DNA of 64,000 nt from a virus (IMGVR_UViG_3300009031_000221:192001-256000), one strand, 5' to 3'; positions 28,888-38,622 are shown, numbered from the stretch's first letter. Notes: generated by a model not told the origin, from the letters alone. Translations and numbers: made by a program.

Positions 28888-29571
28888 ATGATTTTGCTAG
28901 AGATTTTCGCATTCGGTACTGTAGGCTTCTGGGCCTTGTGTGCTTTGGTTTGGATTTTGTTGACGGCTGCTGTGGAGTTCGAGAAGCCCGGGCTGGCGAC
29001 GTTCTCCTTGCTGGTAGCATTCGGGGCATTGTCCTACTTTGGCATCATCGACGTTCAGGCCTTGATCTCCAATCCTTGGATGGTGGTCAAAGGCGTCAGC
29101 GGCTACTTGCTGGGCGGACTCATTTGGGCGGCTTGCAAGTGGGTGTTTTACGTCCGCTCCGTTGGCAGGAAGTATGATGATGACAAGCGGCAATTCCTGG
29201 AGTCTCAGACTCCTCCAATTGAAGGGATGAATATCCCTGATGACTTCTTGGAGAAGTGGCAGCAGCACATTCGGTACCGCCCTGAAATCAAGAAGCCCAA
29301 TGCCCGCAATAGCAAGGCACGCATCATGACCTGGATGGTGTACTGGCCTTGGTCTTTCGTATGGACAATGATCGATGATCCGATCAAGAATGCGTTTCAC
29401 AGTATCCTGCACTGGACTCAGGGCATGTTCCAAAGGGTGTCCGATCAGTTGTGGGGCAATCGTGATGAGGACTTCCGTGCCCCTCCGCCGAAGAAGGCGG
29501 AACCTGTTCCGGAAGAATCCCCAGATGGATATCCATCCCAGTACCCGACTCGTCAGTATCGGGGTCGTTGA
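28888..29571 (+). CDS. Membrane protein
   Basis: Several hydrophobic segments; GGAGG RBS. Confidence 0.75.
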   Translation: MILLEIFAFGTVGFWALCALVWILLTAAVEFEKPGLATFSLLVAFGALSYFGIIDVQALISNPWMVVKGVSGYLLGGLIWAACKWVFYVRSVGRKYDDDKRQFLESQTPPIEGMNIPDDFLEKWQQHIRYRPEIKKPNARNSKARIMTWMVYWPWSFVWTMIDDPIKNAFHSILHWTQGMFQRVSDQLWGNRDEDFRAPPPKKAEPVPEESPDGYPSQYPTRQYRGR

Positions 29572-29579
29572 GAGGTGAT

Positions 29580-30728
29580 ATGAGTAAATGGTCTTGGCCT
29601 TTGCCTAACGTTGTCCCTTGGCAAATCCCGTCAACATTGCATTACGACGGATTTGCATACCAGAGATCCCACGGGATCAATACGGGAGTTGACCTGTATT
29701 GTCCGCTGGATCATCCTGTGTGTGCCGTGGAAAAGGGAATCATCACCGATATTTTCCAACAGCCCTGTTGTGGATCTACCGTGATGGTTGAAGGCGCAAC
29801 GGGGGTGATTGTTTATGGCAACCTCAATCTTGGGCATGTTCAGGTTGTAGGCCAACGTATCTCCCGTGGGGACACCCTGGGTTCCGTAGACTCTCGAGGG
29901 AAGCGGCTGTACATCGGTCTCTATGATGCCGGATACCGCAGCCGTCCTTCCCCATGGACAACATGGGAGGATAAACCTCGAGAGTTGATGGACCCTACGC
30001 CCTGGTTGCGGGAAGCGTGGACTCGTGTAACCTCCAGGTTTCATCGGGACGGCATGCCTGTACCTATGGATGTTGGACCCCGTAAGCAGTTGATGCACGA
30101 GTTGCAAAGCCATCCGATCTGGCATTATCCCGTGCTCGTGCAAACCCCGCCCTCAGGCAATATCGAGGATCATTGGAAGGAACCCGACAATCCGGATCTT
30201 CGTGATGAGGGGTTCAAGCAGCTATGCGAACCCGGGCCTGATTGGATCGAAACCATGGAGGATTACGGTGGGGGCATGAGCGAATGCCTTTGCTATGACT
30301 TCGTGTACGTTGACCCTACATTGGAACGGATTGTCGGTAACCAAGGGTGGGATAAGGATTGCCGAAATACGGACTTCCGCGTTTGGATTGAAGGCGGTGG
30401 TTGGGACGATCAATCCAAATGCGATTATGGAATTGCACCTGAAGGGGGTTGGACGGAGTACAACAAGTGGATTAGTTGCCACGACACGGATCTGGATTGC
30501 GGCGCCCATACGATGGAGGACGCACTTCTGGAGTTGGCAGTCCGCGTTATTTGGTACTACGGCACGGATGGGAAAGAGCATCGTCCAGATGTTCCTGAGA
30601 AGTGTGGTGGAGACTTCGACCCGAATGACAAATCGAAGTGGGTGAACCATTGCATGGATGCCGGGGATGGATTTTGCTCCAAGTGTGGCTATCTGATCCA
30701 GGATCGGATCTCGGCAGAAGACGAATGA
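29580..30728 (+). CDS. Degenerate M23-peptidase-like domain fused to an acidic Cys-rich domain
   Basis: NTGVDLY..PVCAVEKG..VGQRISRGDTLGSV; the metal-binding His residues appear replaced. Confidence 0.55.
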   Translation: MSKWSWPLPNVVPWQIPSTLHYDGFAYQRSHGINTGVDLYCPLDHPVCAVEKGIITDIFQQPCCGSTVMVEGATGVIVYGNLNLGHVQVVGQRISRGDTLGSVDSRGKRLYIGLYDAGYRSRPSPWTTWEDKPRELMDPTPWLREAWTRVTSRFHRDGMPVPMDVGPRKQLMHELQSHPIWHYPVLVQTPPSGNIEDHWKEPDNPDLRDEGFKQLCEPGPDWIETMEDYGGGMSECLCYDFVYVDPTLERIVGNQGWDKDCRNTDFRVWIEGGGWDDQSKCDYGIAPEGGWTEYNKWISCHDTDLDCGAHTMEDALLELAVRVIWYYGTDGKEHRPDVPEKCGGDFDPNDKSKWVNHCMDAGDGFCSKCGYLIQDRISAEDE

Positions 30729-30988
30729 CAGATTCAAACAAGTTCGCCAAATTGCATGAAATCGGTTATACCGTACAAGTAACTTGTGGGTTATGTATCC
30801 ATGGGGACTTTGGAGAATCGGGTAATTGGGGTGGTTGCACCCTGCACAAGGACGATTGCATTAGGCGTGTATGTCCAGTTCTGGGGCTAACCGTACTCAG
30901 AATGGGCAACTGCTCGAATGGTGTGTTCGATCAGATCCTTGTGGAGAAGCTTGGTTCCTATCAGGAGCTTGTCAAATGTCGAAAATAA
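30725..30988 (+). CDS. Small Cys-rich hypothetical protein; start MTDSNKF
   Basis: ATGA overlap with the upstream stop. Confidence 0.55.
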   Translation: MTDSNKFAKLHEIGYTVQVTCGLCIHGDFGESGNWGGCTLHKDDCIRRVCPVLGLTVLRMGNCSNGVFDQILVEKLGSYQELVKCRK

Positions 30989-31203
30989 CCCCGCGAGACA
31001 TCGCAGAATCTGTAGCTGGATTGCGTGATACCGCCAAGGATCTACGGTCAGCCGCCGCCACTTCCGTTCAGGATGGTGGCGCGGCTGGCCCCGTCGTAGT
31101 CATGCGAATGGGTGCCGTGATGAATCACGCCGCCTACCTGGATCAGGTGGCGAATGAACTGACGATGTTGATCCCGGATACGCCGATCAAGCCGCTGAAG
31201 TAG
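30976..31203 (+). CDS. Hypothetical protein; start MSKITPR
   Basis: GGAG RBS upstream. Confidence 0.55.
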   Translation: MSKITPRDIAESVAGLRDTAKDLRSAAATSVQDGGAAGPVVVMRMGAVMNHAAYLDQVANELTMLIPDTPIKPLK

Positions 31204-31822
31204 CCTTCAGTTCATTGAAGCGGGCGATAAAGGCCAGCGCTGCAATATCTGATGGCAAGAATTGTACCTTTAGATGTGCCACGGCTTCCGGGATGGTAGG
31301 GATTCCCCAATTGTCATTCGTAATCGAAGGCATCGCGGCCTTCTCAAGCGCCAAGGCAATGACATCCGCCGCCTGAACCTCAGGATAGGTGTAGAAGTCT
31401 GTCCCATCGCTCAAGGCTTTGGATACGGCAAGGTTGATACGGCGCTCCAAATCACCCCATGTGATGATGTCGCCATTCTTCATGACGACCTTGATGAACT
31501 TCCGCACCGGGGCTTGAATGTCGTGTGTGTATGCCTCACATGCGTCATGGAGCAATCCCGCCAGGGCGACTCCGGACTCAGGCCACAGAATGTCGATGAT
31601 CTGTGAAACCAGTACACTGTGTTCTGCTACAGTGATTGGCCCAATCTGTCCGCCATATCGGAATTTGTATGACAGCCCGTAAATAATGTCATCTAGATGA
31701 ATGGCTGATGCCTTCGGTTCCATGACGTTGAAGTATGCGCCAGAATGCGTCGGAATGCATCCGTCATACTTCGCAGGCCTACGAAAGGACTGAATGATAG
31801 CAGATGGGCGAATTGAACTCAC
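31187..31822 (-). CDS. HD-domain hydrolase, YfbR-like 5'-deoxynucleotidase family
   Basis: TVAEHSVLV, LLHDACEAY, VQAAD. Confidence 0.8.
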   Translation of the reverse strand: MSSIRPSAIIQSFRRPAKYDGCIPTHSGAYFNVMEPKASAIHLDDIIYGLSYKFRYGGQIGPITVAEHSVLVSQIIDILWPESGVALAGLLHDACEAYTHDIQAPVRKFIKVVMKNGDIITWGDLERRINLAVSKALSDGTDFYTYPEVQAADVIALALEKAAMPSITNDNWGIPTIPEAVAHLKVQFLPSDIAALAFIARFNELKATSAA

Positions 31823-31932
31823 AGTATCCTCCTAGAAGCGAGGATACGTGACCCTCGGAAAATCTACCTTACCCTCGGGGCCAATGCTTTGTATCACATT
31901 GGCCCCGAGAGTGGTAGTCCTTCCGGGATGAT

Positions 31933-32481
31933 TTACGGAGTCAACGCCCCGTGCCAGTACTGGATGGAACCGAAGTAATCCATCCAAGACTTGGGCATCG
32001 TGTCCGGGTTGCCCCAGGACGTGAAGATGTCGCCACCGGGCAAGGACTTCGGCACGATGGGCTGCGTACGCAGCGTCATCCGTGCCTGCTCCGGCGTGCG
32101 ATCCTTCTTCTTCTGGTTGCAGGGCATGCAGCATACAACGATGTTCGTCCAAACCGTCTTGCCACCTTGTGCCTGGGGCACAACATGGTCATAGGTGAAC
32201 TCCGACATGGACACCTTCAGACCGCAGTACTGGCAAGTACCATGGTCACGGAGCCAAACGGACTTCCGATTGAACTTCACTCCACGCTTGAAGAATCCGG
32301 CAACCTTGCGTACGAAACGGATGACCGATGGCATCTGGAATACTTCGGATACCGTGTGAATCACACGATCCTCATACTCTTCGACGACTTCGACGCGACC
32401 CGTAAGTACCCACGTCATGGCCTTCTGCCACGAAACGCGAGTGATGGGCTGGTAGGATTGGGAGAGAACAAGCGTGTCCAT
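31933..32481 (-). CDS. HNH endonuclease, McrA-like
   Basis: LRDHGTCQYCG, TYDHVVPQAQGG, WTNIVVCCMPCN. Confidence 0.9.
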   Translation of the reverse strand: MDTLVLSQSYQPITRVSWQKAMTWVLTGRVEVVEEYEDRVIHTVSEVFQMPSVIRFVRKVAGFFKRGVKFNRKSVWLRDHGTCQYCGLKVSMSEFTYDHVVPQAQGGKTVWTNIVVCCMPCNQKKKDRTPEQARMTLRTQPIVPKSLPGGDIFTSWGNPDTMPKSWMDYFGSIQYWHGALTP

Positions 32482-32558
32482 GATAAGCCTCGTTACTGTC
32501 TGTGTCTCAAGGGAGATCTCCTGCTAAAAAGAATGAGCATTGCGAACCAACTAGAACC

Positions 32559-32632
32559 GGTCGGGGTGGAGGGATTTGAACCCCCGACATCTTGCTCCCA
32601 AAGCAAGCGCGCTACCCCTGCGCTACACCCCG
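32559..32632 (-). tRNA. tRNA-Pro(TGG)
   Basis: Loop UUUGGGA. Confidence 0.9.
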
Positions 32633-32703
32633 AACTACTAGGAGAACGATAACACGTTCTCCGTCTATTATCTACGCTGTTGATGGGGAAAGTAAGTCTC
32701 TAG

Positions 32704-32775
32704 CACCCCTGGCAGGACTCGAACCTGCATAAACTGGTTCCGAAGACCAGCGCCCTTCCATTGGGCGTCAGGGGC
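32704..32775 (-). tRNA. tRNA-Arg(TCG)
   Basis: Loop CUUCGGA. Confidence 0.85.
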
Positions 32776-32776
32776 A

Positions 32777-32854
32777 TGGTGACCTTGGGGGGATTTGAAC
32801 CCCACGTTCTCAGCTTGAAAGGCTGGTGTCCTAACCGGATTAGACGACAAGGCC
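32777..32854 (-). tRNA. tRNA-Glu(TTC)
   Basis: Loop CUUUCAA; encoded CCA. Confidence 0.9.
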
Positions 32855-32869
32855 GGTGCTATGACGGCT

Positions 32870-33139
32870 TCATGCCGCCTTGATATGTTCCCGTTGGGCA
32901 AGAATCGCCTTGAGGCGATCCTGGTAATCCCTGAAGGGGGTCATCAGTGCCGTGAACTCATCCGGAGTTCCCTGAATGTATTCTCCGCAGCAGTCGCAGA
33001 CGAGGTGCGCCCGGTAGCGGCAGGTCCACCGACGGGACACCTTCATGATGTGAAGCAAGTTCTTGGTATTCCGCTTCACCAACATCTCATCGGGGAGGAT
33101 GGTCAAGCTACCTGGGAAAGGTTGTACTGTTCTTGGCAT
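32870..33139 (-). CDS. Small hypothetical protein with CxxC
   Basis: 89-aa ORF between tRNAs; GGAGG RBS. Confidence 0.55.
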   Translation of the reverse strand: MPRTVQPFPGSLTILPDEMLVKRNTKNLLHIMKVSRRWTCRYRAHLVCDCCGEYIQGTPDEFTALMTPFRDYQDRLKAILAQREHIKAA

Positions 33140-33167
33140 GACCCCTCCTGTTCACAAGTATCGTTAG

Positions 33168-33305
33168 TGCCGCCCCTTGGATTCGAACCAAGATGTGCAG
33201 GTTCACCGAATCGCCAGTTGTCACACGGCAAAGCCGTGAAGGAAGTGGTGTAACTTACCGAACTAGACGGTTCCCCACAACCCTTACCGTTAGGGCGAAA
33301 GCGAC
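33168..33305 (-). ncRNA. tRNA-like RNA with a long multi-hairpin insert
   Basis: Acceptor GUCGCUU/GGGCGGC, D arm, T arm CUUGG-UUCGAAU-CCAAG; about 85 nt between the D and T arms. Confidence 0.6.
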
Positions 33306-33315
33306 ATTGACCTAG

Positions 33316-33388
33316 CGTGCCTAGCAGGACTCGAACCTGCAATCTCTTCCTTCGGAGGGAAGTGCCTTATCCATTGGGCTATAAGCAC
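33316..33388 (-). tRNA. tRNA-Arg(CCG)
   Basis: Loop CUCCGAA. Confidence 0.9.
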
Positions 33389-33707
33389 ATTTGACCGGAA
33401 TAGTGTTGCCAATTCCCAATGTCACCATCAGGAGTCACCGGTCGATGAGGGTATTACACGCGGTGTGGGTTATAGCCAAGTCCCTAGACTGGATGTACCA
33501 CTCGGGTCCTCTTTATTAGGTTTGTCATCCCCTTTCGGGTTTAGCCTACAATGACAGCTACATTGAACGGATTTGATCCCACTTTACTTTTCCTATGATA
33601 TTGCACATCTGAAAAGGTGGGTCGGATACCGTTTTTCCCGCTGTGTCTATCCTAGACCAATCTTGCGATCGGCTTTACGGAATACCCTTCAGCGCGAAGC
33701 TGAAGGA

Positions 33708-33781
33708 TGGTGGCCCCTGAGGGAATCGAACCCCCGAAAGCAGCGTGTAAAGCTACCGTCTTACCACTAAACGAAAGAGCC
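33708..33781 (-). tRNA. tRNA-Val(TAC)
   Basis: Loop UUUACAC; encoded CCA. Confidence 0.85.
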
Positions 33782-33790
33782 ATAACCTTA

Positions 33791-34190
33791 GGTGGATCCG
33801 GCGGGAGTCGAACCCGCGTCCGAAGACACATCAACAAGCCTTCTACGTGCGTAGCCTCTATAATTTACCCCGCTCCCGAAGGGTTGGGCTGACTCTGAAA
33901 TCCCCAGATAGAGACACGGGTAAATCAGAACAGGATCTTTGCTATCTGTCAACTTCATGATCCTACCCCGCTAGCACGGGCAAGCCATTATTCCATCCTG
34001 TTTCAGCCTTGCCACCCAATGGTCACTGGTGGGACTGTCACTAACGCTGTGTATTAAGCAGCGGCGGCGAAAGAAGTGAATTCAACGTTGTCGTTGGCAT
34101 TTACTTTTGTGCTTACTTGTTAACCCGGCCAACAAGCTCCGGGGCACGCAAACTCACCTCAGTTGCCCCCGTCGAAACCGGGACGGACCC
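33791..34190 (-). ncRNA. ssrA: tmRNA, tag (A)ANDNVEFTSFAAAA
   Basis: 5' GGGUCCGUCCCGGUUUCGACGGG; 3' T arm and CGGAUCC-A-CC; G3-U70 pair; tag ORF at about 34056-34100. Confidence 0.93.
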
Positions 34191-34236
34191 AAGGACGGTC
34201 AATGACCCGGGACGCACCCGGAATGACCAAAGACAC

Positions 34237-34310
34237 TGGAGCGGAATACGGGACTCGAACCCGTTTAGCCAGCTTGGAAGGCTGGAGCCCAACCCATGGG
34301 CCAATTCCGC
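34237..34310 (-). tRNA. tRNA-Gly(TCC)
   Basis: Loop CUUCCAA; encoded CCA. Confidence 0.85.
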
Positions 34311-34658
34311 ATACGATTTCAAGGACATCACAAAGGTGTGCTATTACGCCAAATGCTCTACGGGTCTTGCCAGACATTGTACCTATCCTATCCCATACTT
34401 TCAGAACTTAGTTCCTGGGCTGCGCCCCCGAAACGTATCTGGCAAACTGTACTTGTCCTTCCCCGAACGATATCGCCTAGTCCCTGGGCGGGTAGTAAAT
34501 CTATCGTTTTGCAACTCATTATAGGATGGCTGCCGCTAGGCCCACCTCCCTATGTGATTGTCCTTACTGCAGCAACGCGAAGTCCCTGCATGTTCAGCCA
34601 GTCGCAACCAGCTTCATCCTATCTACGCACTATCGAGGAAAAGTAAGTCCCCCGAGGG

Positions 34659-34731
34659 TAGGCTTGATGGGATTTGAACCCATGACATCTACTATGTGAA
34701 AGTAGCGCTCTAACCGCTGAACTACAAGCCT
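34659..34731 (-). tRNA. tRNA-Val(CAC)
   Basis: Loop UUCACAU. Confidence 0.9.
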
Positions 34732-34735
34732 ATCG

Positions 34736-34805
34736 GGAGGCGCCTGTGAGAATCGAACTCACCTACCAAGTTTTGCAGACTTGGGCCTTCCCAGAAGAAA
34801 GCGCC
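34736..34805 (-). tRNA. tRNA-Cys(GCA)
   Basis: Loop CUGCAAA; U discriminator; short D arm. Confidence 0.75.
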
Positions 34806-34813
34806 ATTTTCGG

Positions 34814-34891
34814 TACGCCGTGTGGGGATCGAACCCACCTGAACCATCTACCCTTTCGACCGTTTATAAGACGGAGGGGATACCAGCGCAT
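34814..34891 (-). pseudogene. Degenerate tRNA-Ile(TAT)-like
   Basis: Loop CUUAUAA, long variable region, intact T arm; acceptor and D arms pair poorly. Confidence 0.45.
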
Positions 34892-34939
34892 TTGGTATCC
34901 CGGGTATGTCTGTATGAACCATTCACATTCTCCTCTCGG

Positions 34940-35012
34940 TAGGGGCGGAGGGATTTGAACCCCCGACCAGACCGTTATGAGCGGCCAGCTCTAACCGCTG
35001 AGCTACACCCCC
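34940..35012 (-). tRNA. tRNA with CAT anticodon (Ile2 or Met)
   Basis: Loop CUCAUAA. Confidence 0.85.
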
Positions 35013-35021
35013 AATTTTCAG

Positions 35022-35094
35022 TTGCTGTGGGCGGGATCGAACCGCCGACAACCAGGATATGAATCTGGCGCTCTACCAACTGAGCTACACAGCA
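35022..35094 (-). tRNA. tRNA-Met(CAT)
   Basis: Loop UUCAUAU. Confidence 0.8.
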
Positions 35095-35309
35095 AACGTG
35101 CCCCACGGGGCATTGTCTCACCTTTCCGTATAGGATGCAACCCCTATATCATACCCATCTTTGTTTTGTGTGCCTTATCGCACTACATCGTGGGCAATGT
35201 CCAATTCCGTGAACGGTATTCTCCTTGACTCGATTTGGGATTGCGTATACCACTTGTTGAGGTTTCCGATGAAACCCCAAGATGCACATCACCTTTCCCA
35301 AATCCCACT

Positions 35310-35663
35310 TCATACCTGTGAGGGATACTTCCGTTGAAGTACCCGCAGTTGTTCTCGTTCCAAATCTTCGGCCCGTTTGCGTCGGGCTTCCGTATCCTTC
35401 GCAAGCTTGGCACCCTTGGCGTCTTTGACTTCTTGTACTAGGACTGCCAAGTCCGTAACAATTTTCTCAACCATTTCGAATTCTACAATTTCCGCATCCG
35501 CATAATTCGCGTAATGGTGTGACGAAGGCCACATTCCCGCCAAGTGCGTTTTGATGTGCCCCAAGGATGACCATGTCTTCCCACGGGTTGTCCATCGGGG
35601 CATTGGTCCACCTGACGAAAACAGGTTCGTAGTGCCTTTCTTGCGGATCTTGTAAACCTTCAT
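35310..35663 (-). CDS. Hypothetical protein
   Basis: 117-aa ORF; GGAGA RBS. Confidence 0.7.
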   Translation of the reverse strand: MKVYKIRKKGTTNLFSSGGPMPRWTTRGKTWSSLGHIKTHLAGMWPSSHHYANYADAEIVEFEMVEKIVTDLAVLVQEVKDAKGAKLAKDTEARRKRAEDLEREQLRVLQRKYPSQV

Positions 35664-35683
35664 CGAACATCTCCTACAAACGG

Positions 35684-35756
35684 CTGGGGTGGAAGGAGTC
35701 GAACCTTCAAATCCCTGGGTCAGAACCAGGTGCGGTTGCCATTTTGCTACACCCCA
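35684..35756 (-). tRNA. tRNA-Gln(CTG)
   Basis: Loop UUCUGAC. Confidence 0.85.
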
Positions 35757-35772
35757 ATCAGGAGCAATTTCA

Positions 35773-35846
35773 TGGTAGGGGTGGAAGGATTCGAACCTTC
35801 ATAGCGGGGACCAAAATCCCGCGTCCTGCCTTTGGACGACACCCCC
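35773..35846 (-). tRNA. tRNA-Gln(TTG)
   Basis: Loop UUUUGGU; encoded CCA. Confidence 0.8.
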
Positions 35847-35895
35847 GTCATAAGTGTTCAAGAACACCTATTTAGTGAACAAAGCTCCTACCTAG

Positions 35896-35968
35896 TGCGC
35901 CGGGAGGGGCTCGAACCCTCGACCAATAGATTAAAAGTCTACTGCTCTACCAACTGAGCTACCAGCAC
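35896..35968 (-). tRNA. tRNA-Lys(TTT)
   Basis: Loop CUUUUAA. Confidence 0.9.
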
Positions 35969-36483
35969 TTCTCTACTTCATCGTATTCATACAAGGTATC
36001 GCTGTCAATCCCTGCCTTCTCTTCCCCTTGCGGTTCCCTCGCCTTGTCCATACGCCTACCGCAAACGATTAGCGTATTCCTCCTGTCTGCTTCGTAGGCG
36101 AGAAGCTCACGTTGTAGCAGATGTTGGAAGAATCCAGGTGTACCACAAGCCGTGCCCCCCGTGTTGCACCCAACGTATGCAACCACACTCGCCCGCTCGA
36201 GGATCTCGACAAGACCGTCGATGGCACGACTGTTTGTTGGCCATGCAACGAAGGCCACATCCACCGAGTCCATGAAATCCGCGAAGTACCCATGGATCAC
36301 CTCGATTTGTGGATGCTTCCGCATCCGTGATATTTCCTTGTCCAAAGCCACCGCACGAGTAGCCCCAAGGGAAATGATGTATCGAGACCATTCTCCCGAC
36401 CCGGCACCTAAGTCTGTCACGACCCGGTTCCGAATGAATGGGATCAAGGTTTCCTTTTGCTTGTCGGTTAACCCACCAAACAC
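35959..36483 (-). CDS. Class I SAM-dependent methyltransferase-like protein
   Basis: VVTDLGAGSG motif I; VALDKE motif II. Confidence 0.7.
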   Translation of the reverse strand: MFGGLTDKQKETLIPFIRNRVVTDLGAGSGEWSRYIISLGATRAVALDKEISRMRKHPQIEVIHGYFADFMDSVDVAFVAWPTNSRAIDGLVEILERASVVAYVGCNTGGTACGTPGFFQHLLQRELLAYEADRRNTLIVCGRRMDKAREPQGEEKAGIDSDTLYEYDEVEKCW

Positions 36484-36534
36484 AGATCACCTCATCCGAG
36501 TGATCTACGCACTTGCTGCCAGAAGTAAGTCTGG

Positions 36535-37286
36535 CTAGATGATTCGGAGGACGATGGCAGTGATATTGTCGTTCCCGCCATTCGTATTTGCCTGTCGAAT
36601 CAATTCGTAGACCGCCTGCTTGGGATCGGGATTCGATTCCATGATTCGCAGGATCTCATCGTCTTCGACTTCCCCAGACAAGCCATCCGAACACAGCAAG
36701 TACATGTCCCCAGACTGGGCATCGATCGTCATGATCGGCACCTTGACGGAATCACTCAACCCACAGGCCTGTGTGATGATGTTCTTATGCGGGCACGTGG
36801 CTACCTGTTCCTTGGTGATATACCCTGCATCGAGGTAATGCTGTACTGCCGAATCTTGGTCAACTGATCCAATGACCCGTCCCGCAGTCGATAGATACGG
36901 CTATCCCCCACATGGCCAACCGTGACGTTGTCTTCCCCAACCATCAAGGCAACAACGGTCGTGCCCATGCGATTGACGCGAACATTCCCCTCTGACATGT
37001 TCTTGGAGAAGATCTCAAAGTTCGCCCAATGAATGCACCCATGGATCAGGTTCTCATTGGGGGTCAAGCCCGATTGAACTGACCAAGGGGCTACGGCTTC
37101 CGGATCCGCCAATGCACTTAGAGTCCGTTGGAACGTATCGACAAGCATCTGAGAGGCCACTTCCCCGTCGATATGTCCGCCCATCCCATCCGCGACAACA
37201 AACACCCTATCGGCAATGAGAAGATTGTCCTCATTGTGAGGGCGCCTTTTACCTACATCCGTTTGACCGGCAACTTCGTACTTCAT
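36535..37286 (-). pseudogene. PP2C-family Ser/Thr phosphatase split by a frameshift at about 36855
   Basis: NED, VADGMGG and GHVGDSR in frame 1; KNIITQACG, LLCSDGL and GGNDNIT in frame 2. Confidence 0.85.
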
Positions 37287-37322
37287 GTGAGGCCTCCGAT
37301 ACTTGAGCGGATAGGGGATCTA

Positions 37323-37790
37323 TCAGACGGGCATGAGTTCGCGAACCAGGGTTAAGGTTTCGCCCAACCAGTTCGTCCCCTGCCACCGACTGCGATCCTC
37401 TGCACGGGGATCGTCACGGGGCAAACCAATTCCCCAGACTTTGTCGTAAGGGCTAGCCTCAACCAGGGTCGTACCCTTGGTTGCCAACAGGAGAACCTTC
37501 AGGTCAGGGTTTTGCGCGTACTTCGCCATGCTGGCACGGAATACAACATCCTTGGCGACACTGTTCCACTTGTCCGCATTGAACCCTTTGACGGAACGCC
37601 CAAGGCGCTTCATCTCCTTGGGATCCGAGGTTGCCATGATCATGAGGGCGGCGTCCTTGTCATCAAAGAGCCTTGCCTTCTCAACCATCATGTATTGTTC
37701 AGCACACGTGTAGTGGTATCCGTCAATCTTGAATCTTGACGGATACCACTGGCTGAAAGGTCCGTCCCAGAAGAATGTGAACTTTTCCAT
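37323..37790 (-). CDS. NADAR (YbiA-like) family protein; start MEKFTFF
   Basis: PFSQWY, TCAEQYMM, KRLGRSV, LVEASPYDKVWGIG, GTNWLG. Confidence 0.9.
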   Translation of the reverse strand: MEKFTFFWDGPFSQWYPSRFKIDGYHYTCAEQYMMVEKARLFDDKDAALMIMATSDPKEMKRLGRSVKGFNADKWNSVAKDVVFRASMAKYAQNPDLKVLLLATKGTTLVEASPYDKVWGIGLPRDDPRAEDRSRWQGTNWLGETLTLVRELMPV

Positions 37791-37797
37791 GCTTTCC

Positions 37798-38622
37798 TTA
37801 GATGATCCGCACGAGGGGTCGGATCCTGTCCGGCCATGCCGCACCGTTGATTGCCTCATGAATGTCCGACTCGCGGTACCGGGCAGAGAAGTGCGTCAGC
37901 ACCAATGCCTGGGTGTCGAAGATCTCCGCACGATCCACCAGTTCCTGCAAATGCGTGTGACCACGCTCATCTGCATGAGCCGGAGTTCTATCCCCGGCTG
38001 AATAGGTCGCCTCAGTGATAATCACCTGAGCGTGACGGATGTCCTCAACCCGATCCCACACCGAGACTCGAGTGTCCCCCGTGTAAACCAACCGGGTCAC
38101 GGGATTTACCGTGGAAACTTCCACGCCCTGCGAACGCAATCGGGCAATCTCATCGCCCGGCATCCCAAGGTATTCCGCTTTCAGCTTCTTGCGAGTCTCG
38201 ATGATTCGGTATCCCTGCGACTCGATCCGATGGTCGGTGATGAACGGACGAACGGACAACCCCTTGCCCAGGTCATACGTGACCTCAGGAGGCAGCGGAA
38301 CGATGGTGCAAGGGATTTGCTCGCCGTTTTTCGCACCCTCCAGGGCACCCCAAACCTTGAACAGGGACTGCAGGCTAGGAGCGAGACCGGGAGGAACGAT
38401 GAACACGGAAGGGGTCATCCCCAGCAGGGCACGCCTCGCCGCATGCATGGTGATAGCACCGATATGATCCATATGACCGTGCGTGATCAGTACGGTTTGG
38501 CAGTTGACGGCATCAACCGTCATCATGCCAATGTCCAAGGCAATGCCCATCTGCGGCAACGTGATGCACGTTTCCATACCGCTAACGGAGACACCTTGCA
38601 TTTGGATTCCCGCACAAATCAT
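37798..38622 (-). CDS. Metallo-beta-lactamase fold RNase Z-like tRNA 3' processing nuclease
   Basis: THGHMDH, DHRIESQGY, YTGDT, EATY, HTH, LTHFSARY. Confidence 0.85.
   Translation of the reverse strand: MICAGIQMQGVSVSGMETCITLPQMGIALDIGMMTVDAVNCQTVLITHGHMDHIGAITMHAARRALLGMTPSVFIVPPGLAPSLQSLFKVWGALEGAKNGEQIPCTIVPLPPEVTYDLGKGLSVRPFITDHRIESQGYRIIETRKKLKAEYLGMPGDEIARLRSQGVEVSTVNPVTRLVYTGDTRVSVWDRVEDIRHAQVIITEATYSAGDRTPAHADERGHTHLQELVDRAEIFDTQALVLTHFSARYRESDIHEAINGAAWPDRIRPLVRII

Noticed and set aside
33515-33565. Resemblance to a c-di-GMP-I riboswitch (GGCUAAACCC-GAAA-GGG)
   Set aside because: Only a shortened first hairpin matches; the second stem and receptor are not evident and no gene lies downstream.
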